A stretch of DNA of 32,000 nucleotides, from the NCBI RefSeq assembly GCF_001598795.1, contig NZ_BCZP01000039.1, positions 3,730-35,729 of the forward strand. The letters are read 5' to 3'. The notes under the pieces were generated by a model, which ran no database searches, was not told the DNA's origin, and saw only the letters and a list, made by a program, of their open reading frames with translations. The first letter of the stretch is position 1. The number at the start of each line of letters is the position of its first letter. Source of the DNA: Delftia acidovorans NBRC 14950. Its GTDB lineage: Bacteria > Pseudomonadota > Gammaproteobacteria > Burkholderiales > Burkholderiaceae_C. Shown in pieces: positions 18,109 to 28,452 of this stretch. The position numbers and the translations under genes are program-made.

Positions 18109-20385
18109 ATGCTCACCCACCTCCCCGCATCCGCACACCGCCCCCGAACGCGCCGGCAAGGGCGCCGACAAGGGCGCCGGCAAGGCGGCAGCCTGCTCGT
18201 GCAGTTCGCCCTGCTGGGCTCGGTGCTGTTCCTGTTGCTCGGCGTCGTGGACCTGGGCTACATGTACTACGCCAAGCGCGACCTGCAGCGCATTGCCGAT
18301 CTGGCGGCCACCCAGGCGGCCCAGACCATCAATGCCGAGCGCAGCAACCGCGCCGCCTGCGTGACGGCGGGCGAGGATAGCATCACGGCCAACTGGCCGG
18401 TTCCGCTGACCCGCAACAGCACCCAGACCGTGGTCAGCTGCGGCAACTGGAACCCGGCGGACCCGGCCAGGCAGTCCAGCGGCGGCCGCTTCTTCGACGC
18501 CAGCTCCGGCCCGCTCAACGCGGCGCGCGTGACGGTGGGCGGCACCTCGCCCACCATCTTCCCCGGCCCCTGGAGCCGTGCCGTGGTGGCCGAGGCCATT
18601 GCCATGCGCAACGACTCGGTGGCGTCCTTCCAGGTGGGCTCGCAGCTGCTGCGCTTCAACAAGGACACGCCGCTGGGCGGGCTGCTGGGCCTGGTGGGGC
18701 TGGACGTGGGCATGCTGACCCTGCTGGACTCCAAGGGCCTGGCCGATGCCAAGATCAGCCCGGCCGGCCTGCTCAAGGCCCTGGGCGTGAACCTGGGCAT
18801 AGAGCAGCTGCGCGCGCTGTCGCCCGAGGGCCTGGCCAACATCGCCAGCGTCACCCTGCTGAACGTGATCGACGCCTCCATCAGCGCCATCACCGACAAC
18901 GCGCTGGCCGTGCAGCTCAATGCGCTCAAGACCCAGATCATCAACGCGGGCCTGAGCACCATCAAGATCCCGCTGGGCAGCCTGGACGACCAGAAGGGCC
19001 TGTTCGCCTTCCTGGGCGCCGGCCGCACCGATCCGCTGAACGCGGCCATGGACGTGCAGCTGGGCATTGGCGACCTCTTGAAGACGGCCATTGCCATCGG
19101 CGCCAACGGCCACGCGCTGCAGGCCAACCAGCTGGATGTGGCCGGGCTCATCAAGGGCCAGCTGACCATCGTGCAGCCGCCCACCATTGCCGTGGGCCCC
19201 GTCGGCACGCAGGGCTACAGCGCGCAGATCCGCCTGAACCTGAACGTGGACACGGACCAGCTGCTGGGCGGCGCACTCAAATGGCTGGTCAAGGACATCC
19301 TGGGCACCCAGGTCAAGCTGCCCATTGCCGTGGACATCACCAACGCCACGGGCACGCTGACGGCGCTGCAATGCAGCGCCAGCCCGCAGACCATGGACCT
19401 GTCGGTCAAGTCCTCCATCCTCAACGCCTGCGTGGGCAAGATGGACCCGGCCAACAAGCAAAGCTGCGAGAAGGGCCTGCAAAATGAGCAGCTCATCACC
19501 CTGCTGCACCTGCCCGTGCTGAACGGCAAGCTGTGGGTGCCGGCCCTGGAGTACACGGACTCCACCACGGGCCTGGGCATGGAGCCGGGCTACGAAGATC
19601 CGGCCGACCCCAACTGGTCCAAGACCAACCGTTCCACGCAGGTGAACCAGCTGGCGCTGGGCGACACGGTCAACAACATCGTCACGGGACTGCTCAACCT
19701 GCTCAGCGGCCTGCTGCAGCCACCGAACAGCACGCCCACCGACATCACCACGCGCCTGCTGGGCTCCTACCTGGACGCCTCCATGGTGAACGGGCTCTAC
19801 AACGTGACCAGCCTCACCAACCTGCTGCTCAGCGGGCGCGGCGTGGCCGGCGACAAGGACTACATGCCGCCGCTGCTCACGTCCAACTTCACGTTCAACA
19901 ACGCCATCGCCAAGTCCTGCCTGCTGGTGGCCTGCCCGTCCTCCACCTGGCCCAGCGGCACGTTCTCGGCCGCCCTCAACTCCTACACCAGCGTGCCCGG
20001 CGGCCTGCTGGATGTGCTGGGCATCTCCACCTACGACAACGGCTACCAGAGCTGCGCGGGCCTGCTCAGCTCGCTGCTCAACTGGAATGGCTGCGTCAAG
20101 AACAACGTGACCAAGCTGCTGACCTCGCACCCGCAGTACCTGTACACGATCAACCCGAACAGCCCCGAGATCCAGTCCCTGCTCAACCGCGACAACAACC
20201 TCACCTGCACCGGCGCCCTGTGCACCCTGCTCAAGCCGCTGGTCACCACCGTGCTCAAGCCCATCCTCAACGGCGTGGGCACGCTGCTGACCAGCGTGCT
20301 CAAGGACACGCTGGGGCTGGAGGTGGGCCGCACCGACATCAAGGCCCTGTCCATCGGCTGCGACACGGCGCAACTGGTTTTCTGA
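18109..20385 (+). CDS. tadG: Large TadG-like pilus-associated protein (TadE/G-like N-terminus, no obvious vWA domain)
   Basis: An AGGAGG RBS at 18095-18100 precedes the ATG at 18109. The N-terminal basic stretch plus [39 protein letters not shown] fits the TadG-like N-terminal domain. The protein is 758 aa and has 12 Cys by my count. Confidence 0.7.
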   Translation: MLTHLPASAHRPRTRRQGRRQGRRQGGSLLVQFALLGSVLFLLLGVVDLGYMYYAKRDLQRIADLAATQAAQTINAERSNRAACVTAGEDSITANWPVPLTRNSTQTVVSCGNWNPADPARQSSGGRFFDASSGPLNAARVTVGGTSPTIFPGPWSRAVVAEAIAMRNDSVASFQVGSQLLRFNKDTPLGGLLGLVGLDVGMLTLLDSKGLADAKISPAGLLKALGVNLGIEQLRALSPEGLANIASVTLLNVIDASISAITDNALAVQLNALKTQIINAGLSTIKIPLGSLDDQKGLFAFLGAGRTDPLNAAMDVQLGIGDLLKTAIAIGANGHALQANQLDVAGLIKGQLTIVQPPTIAVGPVGTQGYSAQIRLNLNVDTDQLLGGALKWLVKDILGTQVKLPIAVDITNATGTLTALQCSASPQTMDLSVKSSILNACVGKMDPANKQSCEKGLQNEQLITLLHLPVLNGKLWVPALEYTDSTTGLGMEPGYEDPADPNWSKTNRSTQVNQLALGDTVNNIVTGLLNLLSGLLQPPNSTPTDITTRLLGSYLDASMVNGLYNVTSLTNLLLSGRGVAGDKDYMPPLLTSNFTFNNAIAKSCLLVACPSSTWPSGTFSAALNSYTSVPGGLLDVLGISTYDNGYQSCAGLLSSLLNWNGCVKNNVTKLLTSHPQYLYTINPNSPEIQSLLNRDNNLTCTGALCTLLKPLVTTVLKPILNGVGTLLTSVLKDTLGLEVGRTDIKALSIGCDTAQLVF

Positions 20386-20435
20386 ACGGCAGGCAAGGCC
20401 ATCCAATCCATGAATCGACAACGAGGGAATGCAAC

Positions 20436-21830
20436 GTGAATCTGGACGAGCTCGTCATCTATGTCTGGGAAGGCCAGGCCGATATCGCCGAGCGGGTGGA
20501 GCGCTGCGTGCTCAACCTGGGCGTGGACGTGGTGCGCGCCGACGGGCTGACCCTGCCCGCCGACACCAGCGAGCTGGGCAATGCGATTGCCGTGGTCAGC
20601 GTCTCGGTGCTGGAGGGCGCGCGCTTCACGCGCCAGGGCGTGGAGGGCACCTTCGGCATGCCCGTGCTGTGGGTCAGCGCCAAGCAGCGCGACGCCAACG
20701 CCGGCACCTATGCCATGGAGTACTCGCATGTGCTGCCCTTCGACTTCACGGGGGCCGAGCTGCGCGCCATGCTGGTGCGCATCCTGCGGCGCATGCAGAG
20801 CAACCAGCGCCAGGTGCAGCGCTCGGAGGACATCATCGCCGTGGCCGACTGCATGCAGCGCCTGCTCCGCGACGTGGATACCTTTGCCGACTGCGAGCAC
20901 AGCGTGCTCATCATCGGCGAGACCGGCGTGGGCAAGGAGCGCATTGCCGAGCGGCTGCACGAGCGCAACAACCGCTACGGCCAGGGCCCCTTCGTGGTGG
21001 TCAACTGCGGCGCCATCCCGGACGGGCTGTTCGAGTCCCTGTTCTTCGGCCATGCCAAGGGCTCGTTCACGGGCGCGGTGAATGCCCACAAGGGCTATCT
21101 GGAGCAGGCCAACGGCGGCACGCTGTTCCTGGACGAGATCGCGGACCTGCCGCTGTACCAGCAGGTCAAGCTGCTGCGCGTGCTGGAAGAGCGCGCCATC
21201 ACGCGGCTGGGGTCGGCCGCCGCCGTGCGGCTGGACTTCCGGCTGGTGGCGGCCACCAACAAGCCGCTGCGCGGGCTGGTGCGCGAGGGGCGCTTCCGGG
21301 CCGACCTGTTCTTCCGCCTGGCCGTGATCGAGCTGCAGATCCCCAGCCTGGAGGAGCGCGGCGAGGCCGACAAGCTGGCCATCTTCCACGCCATCCTGCG
21401 CAAGGTGGTGGGCGAGGCCACGATGAAGGAGCTGGGCGAGGCGCCCTTCTTCATCCTCGACGCCGTGGCCCAGATGTACTTCCCCGGCAATGTGCGCGAG
21501 CTGCGCAACCTGGCCGAGCGCATCGGCGTGGCCGCCCGCCAGACGCGCGACTGGAACGCCGACGGCGCCACGCAGCGCATCCTGCAGCACGCCCAGGCCC
21601 TGTCGGCCACCACCCTCCCGCCGGACGCCGGCGCCGCCGAGCCCCTGCTGGCCGACCGCAGCAACTGGGACATGGACGAGCGCAACCGCATCATCGCGGC
21701 GCTCAACACCAAGGACTGGAAGCGCCAGAACACGGCCCAGCACCTGGGCATCAGCCGCAAGGTGCTCTGGGAAAAGATGCGCAAGTACCAGATCAGCGAC
21801 GGCGAGCCCGAAGTGCCCGTGCCGGGCTGA
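20436..21830 (+). CDS. Sigma-54-dependent transcriptional activator (bEBP) with an aspartate-less receiver-like N-domain
   Basis: The start is a GTG at 20436, after GAGGGA. The AAA+ core has GETGVGKE (Walker A), GSFTGA (a GAFTGA-type loop) and TLFLDEI (Walker B). The C-terminus has a Fis-type HTH ([20 protein letters not shown]). The N-terminal ~125 aa alternates beta and alpha like a receiver domain but lacks the DD pocket and the phospho-Asp. Confidence 0.88.
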   Translation: MNLDELVIYVWEGQADIAERVERCVLNLGVDVVRADGLTLPADTSELGNAIAVVSVSVLEGARFTRQGVEGTFGMPVLWVSAKQRDANAGTYAMEYSHVLPFDFTGAELRAMLVRILRRMQSNQRQVQRSEDIIAVADCMQRLLRDVDTFADCEHSVLIIGETGVGKERIAERLHERNNRYGQGPFVVVNCGAIPDGLFESLFFGHAKGSFTGAVNAHKGYLEQANGGTLFLDEIADLPLYQQVKLLRVLEERAITRLGSAAAVRLDFRLVAATNKPLRGLVREGRFRADLFFRLAVIELQIPSLEERGEADKLAIFHAILRKVVGEATMKELGEAPFFILDAVAQMYFPGNVRELRNLAERIGVAARQTRDWNADGATQRILQHAQALSATTLPPDAGAAEPLLADRSNWDMDERNRIIAALNTKDWKRQNTAQHLGISRKVLWEKMRKYQISDGEPEVPVPG

Positions 21831-21865
21831 GCACGCCCTCCGACACATCCCCATCCCCCCACGCC

Positions 21866-23140
21866 ATGGAGACTTCCACGAACATGCAGGACAAGCCGGT
21901 CATCATCTTCGTCAGCGCCGTCTACCCCAGCCAGTACAGCCTGCTGTGCAGCCACCTTCGCGCCAGCGGCGCGGCCGACAGCTGGTTCATGACCATGCCC
22001 GGCCATGCCGAGAACTACGCGAGCCAGTGCGACCACCTGCTGTCGTTCCGGCCCGATGGCGACATCGTCGGCCCGCAAAGCTACTACTACTCCAGCAAGG
22101 TGGAGCGCTCGGCACGCATAGGCCGCGGCCTGCTGCAGGGCCTGCAGGCCTTCGAGAAGGAAAAGGGAAAACGCATCGACGTGGTGGTCGCCCACTCGCT
22201 GTGGGCTGCGCCCAACCTGCTGTACGGCGAGATCGATGCCGCCATCGTCAGCTACATCGAATTCCCCAGCTACCGCGTGCACGGCAACGAGCCCGACTAC
22301 CCGCCCGACCTGTCCCAGCGCCTGGCCGACCGCAACATGGAAATGCTGCACTACCACCAGGTGCTGTGCAGCGACCTGACCATCACGCCCAGCGCCCATG
22401 CGCGCTCGCTGTTCCCGCCGCTGCTGCAGGAGCGCGTGGCCGTGCAGTTCGAGGGCTTCGACATCCAGGCTCCCGACGAGCAGGCCGAGCCGCCGCCGCG
22501 CCAGGACACGCGCTTCACCGTGGCCTTCTCATCGCGCGACCTGTCCAGCTCCAAGGGCTTCGAGACCTTCATGCGCCTGGTCGATCGACTGGTGCGCGAG
22601 GGCGATGGCCAGCAGATGCGCTTCATCGCCCTGGGCGACCCCACGGCCGTGACCTACGGTTACGAACAGCAGTGGGTGGAGCGCCGCTACCAGGGCAAGG
22701 TGGCCAGTTTCCGCGACCATCTTCTGCAGATCCACCCGGCCGCCCAGGTGGTGGAGTTCCCGGGCAAGCTGCCGTATGACGAGTTCGCGCGCACGCTGGC
22801 CTCGGTGGACCTGTTCCTCTATCCGCTGCGCTACGGCGTGGCCAACTGGGGATTGATGGAGATCCTGGCGCGCGGCGGCTGCGTGATCGGATCGAACTGG
22901 GGCTTTGTGCCGGAGCTGGTGCAAAACGATGTCAACGGCCTGCTGCTGCCCGACAGCGACGACGCCTGGATAGGCGCCATCCGCCAGCTGCGCGACGACC
23001 CGGCCCGGCGCCAGCGCTACGGCCGGGCCGCGCGCGAGACGGGCAAGCGCTTTCACATCTCCAACGTGGCCCCGCGCTTCATGGACCTGTTCCGCCTGGC
23101 CATGGCGCGGCGCAAGGCCGCCCCGCTGATGCTGGAGTGA
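21866..23140 (+). CDS. GT-B fold glycosyltransferase (GT4-like)
   Basis: The C-terminal half reads FLYPLRYGVANWGLMEILARGGCVIGSNWGFVPELVQNDVNGLLLP, which fits the GT4 nucleotide-sugar-binding region (E-x7-E-like). The N-terminal Rossmann-like strand is VIIFVSAVYP. An alternative start exists at 21884. Confidence 0.7.
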   Translation: METSTNMQDKPVIIFVSAVYPSQYSLLCSHLRASGAADSWFMTMPGHAENYASQCDHLLSFRPDGDIVGPQSYYYSSKVERSARIGRGLLQGLQAFEKEKGKRIDVVVAHSLWAAPNLLYGEIDAAIVSYIEFPSYRVHGNEPDYPPDLSQRLADRNMEMLHYHQVLCSDLTITPSAHARSLFPPLLQERVAVQFEGFDIQAPDEQAEPPPRQDTRFTVAFSSRDLSSSKGFETFMRLVDRLVREGDGQQMRFIALGDPTAVTYGYEQQWVERRYQGKVASFRDHLLQIHPAAQVVEFPGKLPYDEFARTLASVDLFLYPLRYGVANWGLMEILARGGCVIGSNWGFVPELVQNDVNGLLLPDSDDAWIGAIRQLRDDPARRQRYGRAARETGKRFHISNVAPRFMDLFRLAMARRKAAPLMLE

Positions 23141-23216
23141 GGTGCAGCACCGGCCCGGGCCAGGCACGGGCCAGGGGCGGCCCAAGCGCGGCCCAGGGCC
23201 GGGATCGGTCCAGGCC

Positions 23217-24656
23217 TCAGGCCCGCGCCCGCAGGAAAAATCCCGTGCCCATGCCGGTCTCGGCGGCCGACACCTCGGCTCCACCAGACACGGTGGAGGC
23301 CGCCACAAGAGCAGACATGCGCTCCATGCCGCTCCAGCTCAGGGCCATGTCCAGCTCGTCGCCGTCCTGCACCTCGGTCGCCTCCAGCACCTCCAGCACG
23401 TCTTCCACGCGCACCACCTGGTCCAGCAGGCCATGCAGCGAGGGCCGGGCGATGAAGAAGCCCTGCGCGCCATGGGCTCCCGCCAGCGCCACGGCCTCCA
23501 GGCCCTGGGCGGACTCGATGCCTTCCACGATCACGCAGGCGCCCCGGTCGGCGCACAGGCTGACCAGGCCCTGCATCATCCGGGCCGAAGGCCGGGCCTG
23601 CAGGCTCTGGTCCAGCACGGACTTGTCGATCTTGACGATGTTGGCGCGCAGCTTGCCCAGAATGTCCAGGCCGCAGCGCCGGGGCACGATGTCGTCCAGC
23701 GCCACGCGCACGCCCAGGATCTGCAGGTGCCGCACCAGGCCCAGCGCGGCCTTCTCGCAGGGGAAGGCGCCGGTCTCGGTGATCTCCAGCACCAGGCGCT
23801 GGGCGATCTCGGGCCGGTCCTCCAGGTAGTCGAACACGCCATCCCACCAGGCGTCGTCGCAGAACGAGGCGGCCGACAGATTGCAGCCCAGGCTGTGGCC
23901 GGTCTTCATCTCCAGCGCGCCTATCATCGACCACAGCACGCTGCGGTCCAGCCGCGCGGCCAGGCCCAGGCGCTCCAGCGCCTCGATGGCATGGGGCACG
24001 GCATAGTTGTCGTAGGCAGAGAACACGCTGCGGCGCAGCAGGCACTCGTGGTAGAGCGTGCGGCCCGCGCCGGCCCCACTGCCTCCACCTGCCATGCCTG
24101 CGGGCTCCAGCAGCGTCACGGGCTGGAATGCCAGCGCCAGGTGGCCCAGCCGCAGATCGTCCAGCAGGCGGCCCGCCAACTGCATGTCGGCCTGGTAGGC
24201 CTTGATCAGCCTGGGGTGCATCCTGCGCACCGCCATGTCCTGGACGCCCGCCGTGGCGTGGCCCTTGCCGCGTATCTCATGCAGGCCCGTCAGGGAGACG
24301 CAGCCCAGCGCCTGCACCTCGGCGCGCAGATAGGCCTGGCGCGCGCCGTCCACCACCGGGTCGCGCACCAGGGCGGACTCCAGCGCATGCATCCAGCCAT
24401 GCCGGGCCTGATTGCCGGGCAGCACCGTGTCAGCCATCGTGCGGGGATCGAACCCCCGAACCAGCACCGTGTCGCCCGCACGCTCCAACGATTCGGCATC
24501 GATGCCCAGGCCCGTGAGCCGCTCCACGCAGACCCGCATGGCCTCCTCGCAGAAGCCGTTGCCGTAGACGCTGCGCCAGGTCTGCAGGGGCGACAGCCAG
24601 ATGGCCAGGTCCACGGGGGTGTCGCCGGGCGGAGCTTCGATGATGTCGTCGTGCAT
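23217..24656 (-). CDS. EAL-domain protein (c-di-GMP phosphodiesterase-like) with an unassigned N-terminal domain and an atypical loop 6
   Basis: EAL motifs are present in order: ECLLR, CNLS, LEITE, ALDD, KIDKS, VEGIES and QGFFIARP. The usual DDFG(T/A)GYSS is replaced by DDIVPRRCGLD. I chose the start at 24656 (MHDD...) because AAGGAG lies 6 nt upstream. An in-frame ATG also exists at 24671. Confidence 0.75.
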   Translation of the reverse strand: MHDDIIEAPPGDTPVDLAIWLSPLQTWRSVYGNGFCEEAMRVCVERLTGLGIDAESLERAGDTVLVRGFDPRTMADTVLPGNQARHGWMHALESALVRDPVVDGARQAYLRAEVQALGCVSLTGLHEIRGKGHATAGVQDMAVRRMHPRLIKAYQADMQLAGRLLDDLRLGHLALAFQPVTLLEPAGMAGGGSGAGAGRTLYHECLLRRSVFSAYDNYAVPHAIEALERLGLAARLDRSVLWSMIGALEMKTGHSLGCNLSAASFCDDAWWDGVFDYLEDRPEIAQRLVLEITETGAFPCEKAALGLVRHLQILGVRVALDDIVPRRCGLDILGKLRANIVKIDKSVLDQSLQARPSARMMQGLVSLCADRGACVIVEGIESAQGLEAVALAGAHGAQGFFIARPSLHGLLDQVVRVEDVLEVLEATEVQDGDELDMALSWSGMERMSALVAASTVSGGAEVSAAETGMGTGFFLRARA

Positions 24657-24671
24657 GGTGTGCTCCTTCAT

Positions 24672-25217
24672 TCAACGGCCTGCAATGGGTTGTGAATAGC
24701 AGTGAAATCCGATCGCCCTGCGCCCCCGGCCCGTGGGCCCGCCGCCGAGCACGCCGGCATCCACGGCCGACAGCGCCAGGTCCACATGGCCGGCCACCAG
24801 GTCAAAGACCACCGAACAGGCATCCGCCTTGCGGCTGAAATACGCCAGCGTGGCGTCCGTGCCACCAGCGAAGCTGCCCAGCAGCGCCTGCCCGTCCTGC
24901 TCCTGGAACACGGCCTGCGCGCCCCCCTGCTGGGGCACGATGACGCGGTCGCCCTGCTGCAGCACGGCGCCGGCCTGGGCCGCGATCACGTCATTGCGCC
25001 GCACGATGCGCACGCCCTCGCTCACGCGCGTGAGCAGCGCCACCGGCGCCGTCTGCGCATGAAGGCTTCCGTCGCCCGCCTCCCGCGCAGGGGTGCGCGG
25101 CACGGCGGCAGACGCAAACGAGGCGGGCACGTTCAACGGCTTGCTGCGCGCCCTGTCAGGGCTGGTGCGCAGTCGCGACAGGGCCACGCCTGCAAGCGAC
25201 AACGAGAGAGCGGCCAT
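24672..25217 (-). CDS. Small protein with a FecR-like beta-rich segment (hypothetical)
   Basis: A GGAGGAG RBS (plus-strand 25223-25229) precedes the ATG at 25217. Third-codon positions are GC-rich, as in the neighbouring genes. VRIVRRNDVIAAQAGAVLQQGDRVIVPQQGGAQAVF resembles FecR-domain strands. The longer ORF-track form (to 25355) would run through the sigma-54 promoter and was not used. Confidence 0.55.
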   Translation of the reverse strand: MAALSLSLAGVALSRLRTSPDRARSKPLNVPASFASAAVPRTPAREAGDGSLHAQTAPVALLTRVSEGVRIVRRNDVIAAQAGAVLQQGDRVIVPQQGGAQAVFQEQDGQALLGSFAGGTDATLAYFSRKADACSVVFDLVAGHVDLALSAVDAGVLGGGPTGRGRRAIGFHCYSQPIAGR

Positions 25218-25305
25218 GGTTTCTCCTCCGAAAGACTGCGATCGATGGGGCGGGTGGCGCAGCGCCCGGTTTTCCAGACACTGCGACAAGCTTTTTGCAT
25301 CCTGT

Positions 25306-25321
25306 TGCAACAAGCGTGCCA
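25306..25321 (-). promoter_or_regulatory. Canonical sigma-54 (-24/-12) promoter for the FecR-like/EAL operon
   Basis: The minus strand reads CCCA-TGGCACG-CTTG-TTGCA-ACAGG. This is an exact match to TGGCACG-N4-TTGC(A/T). It lies roughly 80-90 nt upstream of the ATG at 25217. Confidence 0.8.
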
Positions 25322-25358
25322 TGGGCCTGGACGTCTTCATCCAACGCAAAGCCATCTG

Positions 25359-25371
25359 TAACCTATTGATT
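25359..25371. promoter_or_regulatory. IHF-consensus site between the upstream repeats and the minus-strand sigma-54 promoter
   Basis: TAACCTATTGATT fits YAANNNNTTGATW, the reverse complement of WATCAANNNNTTR. It sits in an AT-richer patch. Confidence 0.5.
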
Positions 25372-25400
25372 TATTTGGACACCCAAGCACAGCTGCCACC

Positions 25401-25458
25401 ATGTCACCCCACGGCGTTACGGGCGATGTCACGTAACGCCTGCGCGCCACGGCGTTAC
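25401..25458. promoter_or_regulatory. Repeat cluster (candidate enhancer/UAS) in the divergent control region
   Basis: CCACGGCGTTAC occurs twice (25409-25420 and 25447-25458). An inverted GTAACGCC lies at 25433-25440. ATGTCAC occurs twice (25401-25407 and 25426-25432). Confidence 0.5.
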
Positions 25459-25517
25459 TTTCGCAGCGGCCGCGCAGGACGACGCGGCCCTGGCTGCCAG
25501 GCGCGGCCCCCCTTTCG

Positions 25518-26914
25518 GTGTATGTTCCAGCGCATCACTTTCAGGAGCCGGCCCTGTCCCCGCAAAAGTCCATCCAACGGGATCTGGTGATCCTCTGGCT
25601 CACCATCTCGGCCGTCGCCCTGGTGCTGGCGTGGCTGCTGCTGCTGCTGAGCCGGCAGGGCACCGACCAGCAGGTTTCCCGCGCCCGCGACGCCGCAGGC
25701 GTCAGCTGCAGCGCACTGCAGGCCGGGGCCGCGCGCATGGGGCTGGCGGGGCTGATGGCGGACACGCCCAGCGCACAGGCCCGGTCCGCCGCGCAGGCCG
25801 TGCTGGACCTGGCGCTGCGCGAGCGCCCCGGCATGGAGGGCGGCTTCTGGCGCGAGGGCCCCGGCGTGGTGGCCTATGCGTTTCCCACCTATGACGGCTC
25901 GGGCATCAAGCGCGATGCGCCCAGTGCGGAGATGGAGCGCATCACCTCCACCGCCCAGCGCGCGCGGGACAGCGCAGGCCTGGTGACCGACCTGCGCCCC
26001 GGCCTGCGCGAGGCGGTGGTCTTTGCCGCCTGCCCGGCCCAGGCGGACGCACCCGGGCTGGTGGCCTGGACACTGATGCGCGTTCCCCTGATCAGCGCCG
26101 ACGTGGTCAACCCCCTCATCCTTGCCGTCAGCCTGCTGCTGGGCATGGTCCTGGTCTCGGGCCTGTGGCTGGGCAGAATGCTCCGGCGCTGGCAGCGGCA
26201 GTCGGCACAGATGGAGCAGCAACTGCTCAGCGCCGAACGGCTGGCCACCCTGGGCAGGCTGTCCGCAGGCCTGGCGCACGAGATCCGCAATCCGCTGGGC
26301 ACCATGCGCATGAAGGCCGAGACCGCGCTGGCAGCGCCCGCGCCACTGCGCGAAGCGCGCAGCCTGGGCGCCCTGGAGGCCGTGCTGGCCCAGACCGCGC
26401 GCCTGGAAGACCTGGTATCGAGCCTGCTGGCATTGACCCAGCCCTTCCGGGTGCAACCGGAGCCGGTGGACCTGCAGCAGTTGCTGGACGAAAGGCTGCA
26501 GGCACATGCCGAGCTGGCCCAGGCCAGGGGTGTGCAACTGGCAACGGCAGTGTCCGCCGGCCTTGCCCGGGACCTGCAGGATGGGCGCCGCCCGCTGCTG
26601 GACACCGTGCAGATGGCCAGGGCGCTGGACAACCTGCTGCTCAACGCACTGGCGCACACGGCGGCCGGCGGCCGGGTGGAACTGGGCGCAGATCGCGGCG
26701 CCCACCGCAACAGCCCGCTGCAACTGTGGGTGGCAGATGACGGCACGGGCATTGCGCCCGAGCTGCGCGACACGCTGTTCGAGCCCTTCACCACCGCGCG
26801 CCCCGGCGGCACCGGGCTGGGATTGGCGCTGGTGCGCGAAATCGTGCTGGCCCATGGCGGCCGCATCGCGCTGGGCAAGACAACACAAGGCACACGCATA
26901 GAAATGGAATTTCC

Positions 26915-26930
<16 letters not shown>
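25518..26930 (+). CDS. Sensor histidine kinase (two TM helices, periplasmic domain of about 150 aa, HisKA plus HATPase_c)
   Basis: The H-box is LSAGLAHEIRNPLGTM, the N-box LDNLLLNALAHT, G1 DDGTGI and G2 GGTGLGLALVREIV. TM helices are LVILWLTISAVALVLAWLLLLL and LILAVSLLLGMVLVSGLWL. The start is uncertain: GTG at 25518 or a downstream alternative. Confidence 0.85.
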
Positions 26931-28261
<1,331 letters not shown>

Positions 28262-28308
28262 GGCAGCAATGGGCACACGGACGCGCGGACGCACGGACGG
28301 CACCGCAT

Positions 28309-28352
28309 GTGTCCGATACGGTGACACCGGCTGTCTCCGCATCGGACACCGG
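28309..28352. promoter_or_regulatory. Nested inverted and direct repeats (candidate enhancer/UAS)
   Basis: GTGTCCGAT (28309-28317) is inverted relative to ATCGGACAC (28341-28349). The palindrome CGGTG-A-CACCG lies at 28319-28329. GACACCGG is repeated at 28323-28330 and 28345-28352, 22 bp apart. Confidence 0.55.
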
Positions 28353-28369
28353 GCCCGCAGCATCCTCTG

Positions 28370-28382
28370 CAAGTTATTGATT
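28370..28382. promoter_or_regulatory. IHF-consensus site upstream of the plus-strand sigma-54 promoter
   Basis: CAAGTTATTGATT fits YAANNNNTTGATW. It lies between the repeat cluster and the -24 element. Confidence 0.5.
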
Positions 28383-28398
28383 TCATGAGGATTCCTGA

Positions 28399-28415
28399 TG
28401 GCATGGCACTTGCAT
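28399..28415 (+). promoter_or_regulatory. Canonical sigma-54 (-24/-12) promoter
   Basis: TGGCATG-GCAC-TTGCAT has correct GG-N10-GC spacing and a near-perfect match to TGGCACG-N4-TTGCW. It ends 37 nt before the ATG at 28453, and an AAGGAG RBS lies at 28442-28447. Confidence 0.8.
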
Positions 28416-28452
28416 TGACGGATGCGTGTCCATCGCCAACCAAGGAGCCCTC

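Noticed and set aside
23141-23216. A bidirectional terminator between the convergent GT and EAL genes.
   Set aside because: Only short GC palindromes (GGCCCGGGCC, GGGCC-N6-GGCCC) are present and there is no T/A tract. I cannot support a terminator call.
24672-25355. The long form (227 aa) of the FecR-like ORF, starting at 25355.
   Set aside because: It would include the sigma-54 promoter within its coding sequence and has no RBS. The internal ATG at 25217 has a GGAGGAG RBS.
25375-25389. TGGACACCCAAGCAC, just downstream of the IHF-like site, as a plus-strand sigma-54 promoter for the kinase gene.
   Set aside because: The GG-to-GC spacing is 8 (or 13 to the next GC), not 10, and sigma-54 spacing is strict.
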